Below, one piece after another: positions 62,880 through 64,000 of a stretch of 64,000 nucleotides of DNA. The notes under the pieces are model-generated. The model saw only the letters and a program-made list of their open reading frames with translations. It made no database searches and was not told the origin of the DNA. This DNA comes from an uncultured Ignavibacteriaceae bacterium (lineage in GTDB: Bacteria; Bacteroidota; Ignavibacteria; Ignavibacteriales; Ignavibacteriaceae). Position 1 is the first letter of the stretch. Each line of letters begins with the position of its first letter. The position numbers and the translations under genes were made by a program. The stretch is taken from positions 8,352-72,351 of the forward strand of contig CAVPHP010000006.1 in NCBI GenBank assembly GCA_963704275.1, in the 5' to 3' direction.

Positions 62880-64000
62880 ATGGCTAAAGAAAAATTTGAT
62901 AGGAGTAAACCTCACGTTAACGTTGGAACAATCGGTCACGTAGATCATGGTAAAACCACATTAACCGCTGCCATCACAATGGCTCTCGCTAGAAAAGGCT
63001 TATCACAAATAAGAACTTTTGATAGTATTGATAACGCACCTGAAGAGAGAGAAAGAGGTATTACAATCGCAACAGCGCACGTTGAGTATTCAACTGCAAA
63101 TCGTCACTACGCGCACGTGGATTGTCCTGGTCACGCCGATTATGTTAAAAACATGATTACTGGTGCTGCTCAGATGGATGGCGCTATATTAGTTGTTGCA
63201 GCTACAGATGGACCTATGCCACAAACAAGAGAGCACATTCTCCTTGCTCGACAGGTTGGTGTTCCTAAAATGGTTGTATTCTTAAATAAAGTTGATATGG
63301 TTGATGATCCTGAATTAATTGAATTAGTTGAAGAAGAATTAAGAGATCTATTAACTGAATATGAATTTCCAGGTACTGAAATTCCAATTATTAAAGGTTC
63401 TGCACTTCATGCATTAGAAGCAGGTGCTTCAAATGCTGAAATTACGGATGAAAGATATAATTGTATTTGGGAACTTATGGATGCTGTTGATAGCTATATT
63501 CCAGTTCCTGAAAGACATGCAGATAAACCTTTCTTAATGCCGGTTGAGGACGTGTTCTCAATTACTGGGCGTGGCACAGTGGCTACAGGTAGAGTTGAAA
63601 GAGGTCAGGTAAAGATTCAGGAAGAAGTTGAACTTATTGGATTAGGATTACACAAGAAAACAGTCGTTACCGGTATCGAAATGTTTAGAAAAGAATTAGA
63701 TCAAGCTATGGCGGGTGATAATGCCGGTATCTTGTTAAGAGGTGTTGATAAAAATGAAATCGAAAGAGGAATGGTACTTGCTAAAACAGGTTCTATAACA
63801 CCTCATACAAATTTTGAAGGATCTGTATATGTTCTTTCAAAAGATGAAGGTGGAAGACATACACCATTCTTTAATGGTTACAGACCACAATTTTATTTCA
63901 GAACAACTGACGTAACCGGTGTTGCTACATTACCCGAAGGTACTGAAATGGTTATGCCTGGTGATAATGTTAACTTATCAATTGAGTTAATTGCGCCAAT
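62880..64000 (+). CDS. tuf: elongation factor Tu (3-prime partial, runs off the window)
   Basis: ATG at 62880 after AGGAG: [44 protein letters not shown]. No stop codon before position 64000. Confidence 0.97.
   Translation, partial: MAKEKFDRSKPHVNVGTIGHVDHGKTTLTAAITMALARKGLSQIRTFDSIDNAPEERERGITIATAHVEYSTANRHYAHVDCPGHADYVKNMITGAAQMDGAILVVAATDGPMPQTREHILLARQVGVPKMVVFLNKVDMVDDPELIELVEEELRDLLTEYEFPGTEIPIIKGSALHALEAGASNAEITDERYNCIWELMDAVDSYIPVPERHADKPFLMPVEDVFSITGRGTVATGRVERGQVKIQEEVELIGLGLHKKTVVTGIEMFRKELDQAMAGDNAGILLRGVDKNEIERGMVLAKTGSITPHTNFEGSVYVLSKDEGGRHTPFFNGYRPQFYFRTTDVTGVATLPEGTEMVMPGDNVNLSIELIAP

Overview
Low-GC (roughly one third G+C by eye) bacterial chromosomal window. It most resembles the Ignavibacteria/Chlorobi/Bacteroidota (FCB) group. 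The basis is four secreted proteins ending in a T9SS Por-type C-terminal sorting domain (..[13 protein letters not shown]..), Bacteroidota-like TAnnTTTG promoter motifs, and gene order; this is an inference, since no search was possible. The right third (47.9-64 kb) is the conserved translation/transcription core: tRNA-Tyr/Gly/Thr, rpmG, tRNA-Trp, secE, nusG, rplKAJL, rpoBC, rpsLG, fusA, tuf (partial). The rest is housekeeping (sdhCAB, obg, secG, dacB, rpsU, greA, ribDE, tilS-hpt-ftsH, glnE) mixed with accessory genes. The accessory genes include a B12-riboswitch-controlled TonB receptor operon, T9SS peptidases, an ECF sigma/anti-sigma pair, an AddB-like nuclease and an OXA-like class D beta-lactamase. 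The most unusual observations are: (1) A single-gene YhcG/DUF1016 PD-(D/E)XK nuclease cassette sits exactly at the sdhA-sdhB junction, flanked by an exact 13-bp direct repeat (18/20 extended); removing it restores a coupled TAATG junction. (2) Inside that nuclease gene are three codon-phased about 19-nt palindromes with compensatory arm substitutions. (3) A cobalamin riboswitch has its conserved GGUGnnAAnnCC hairpin loop interrupted by a 71-nt palindromic REP-like element. That element has two more copies in the window, whose stems covary. (4) The first 2.7 kb is a decaying locus (isochorismatase-like hydrolase, papain-like peptidase, ATP-grasp ligase) carrying about five frameshifts. Four more frameshifted accessory genes lie elsewhere, while about 30 kb of core genes are intact. 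No CRISPR array, rRNA, transposase or recognisable defence system was seen. All family assignments come from motif recognition in the translations, not from database searches.
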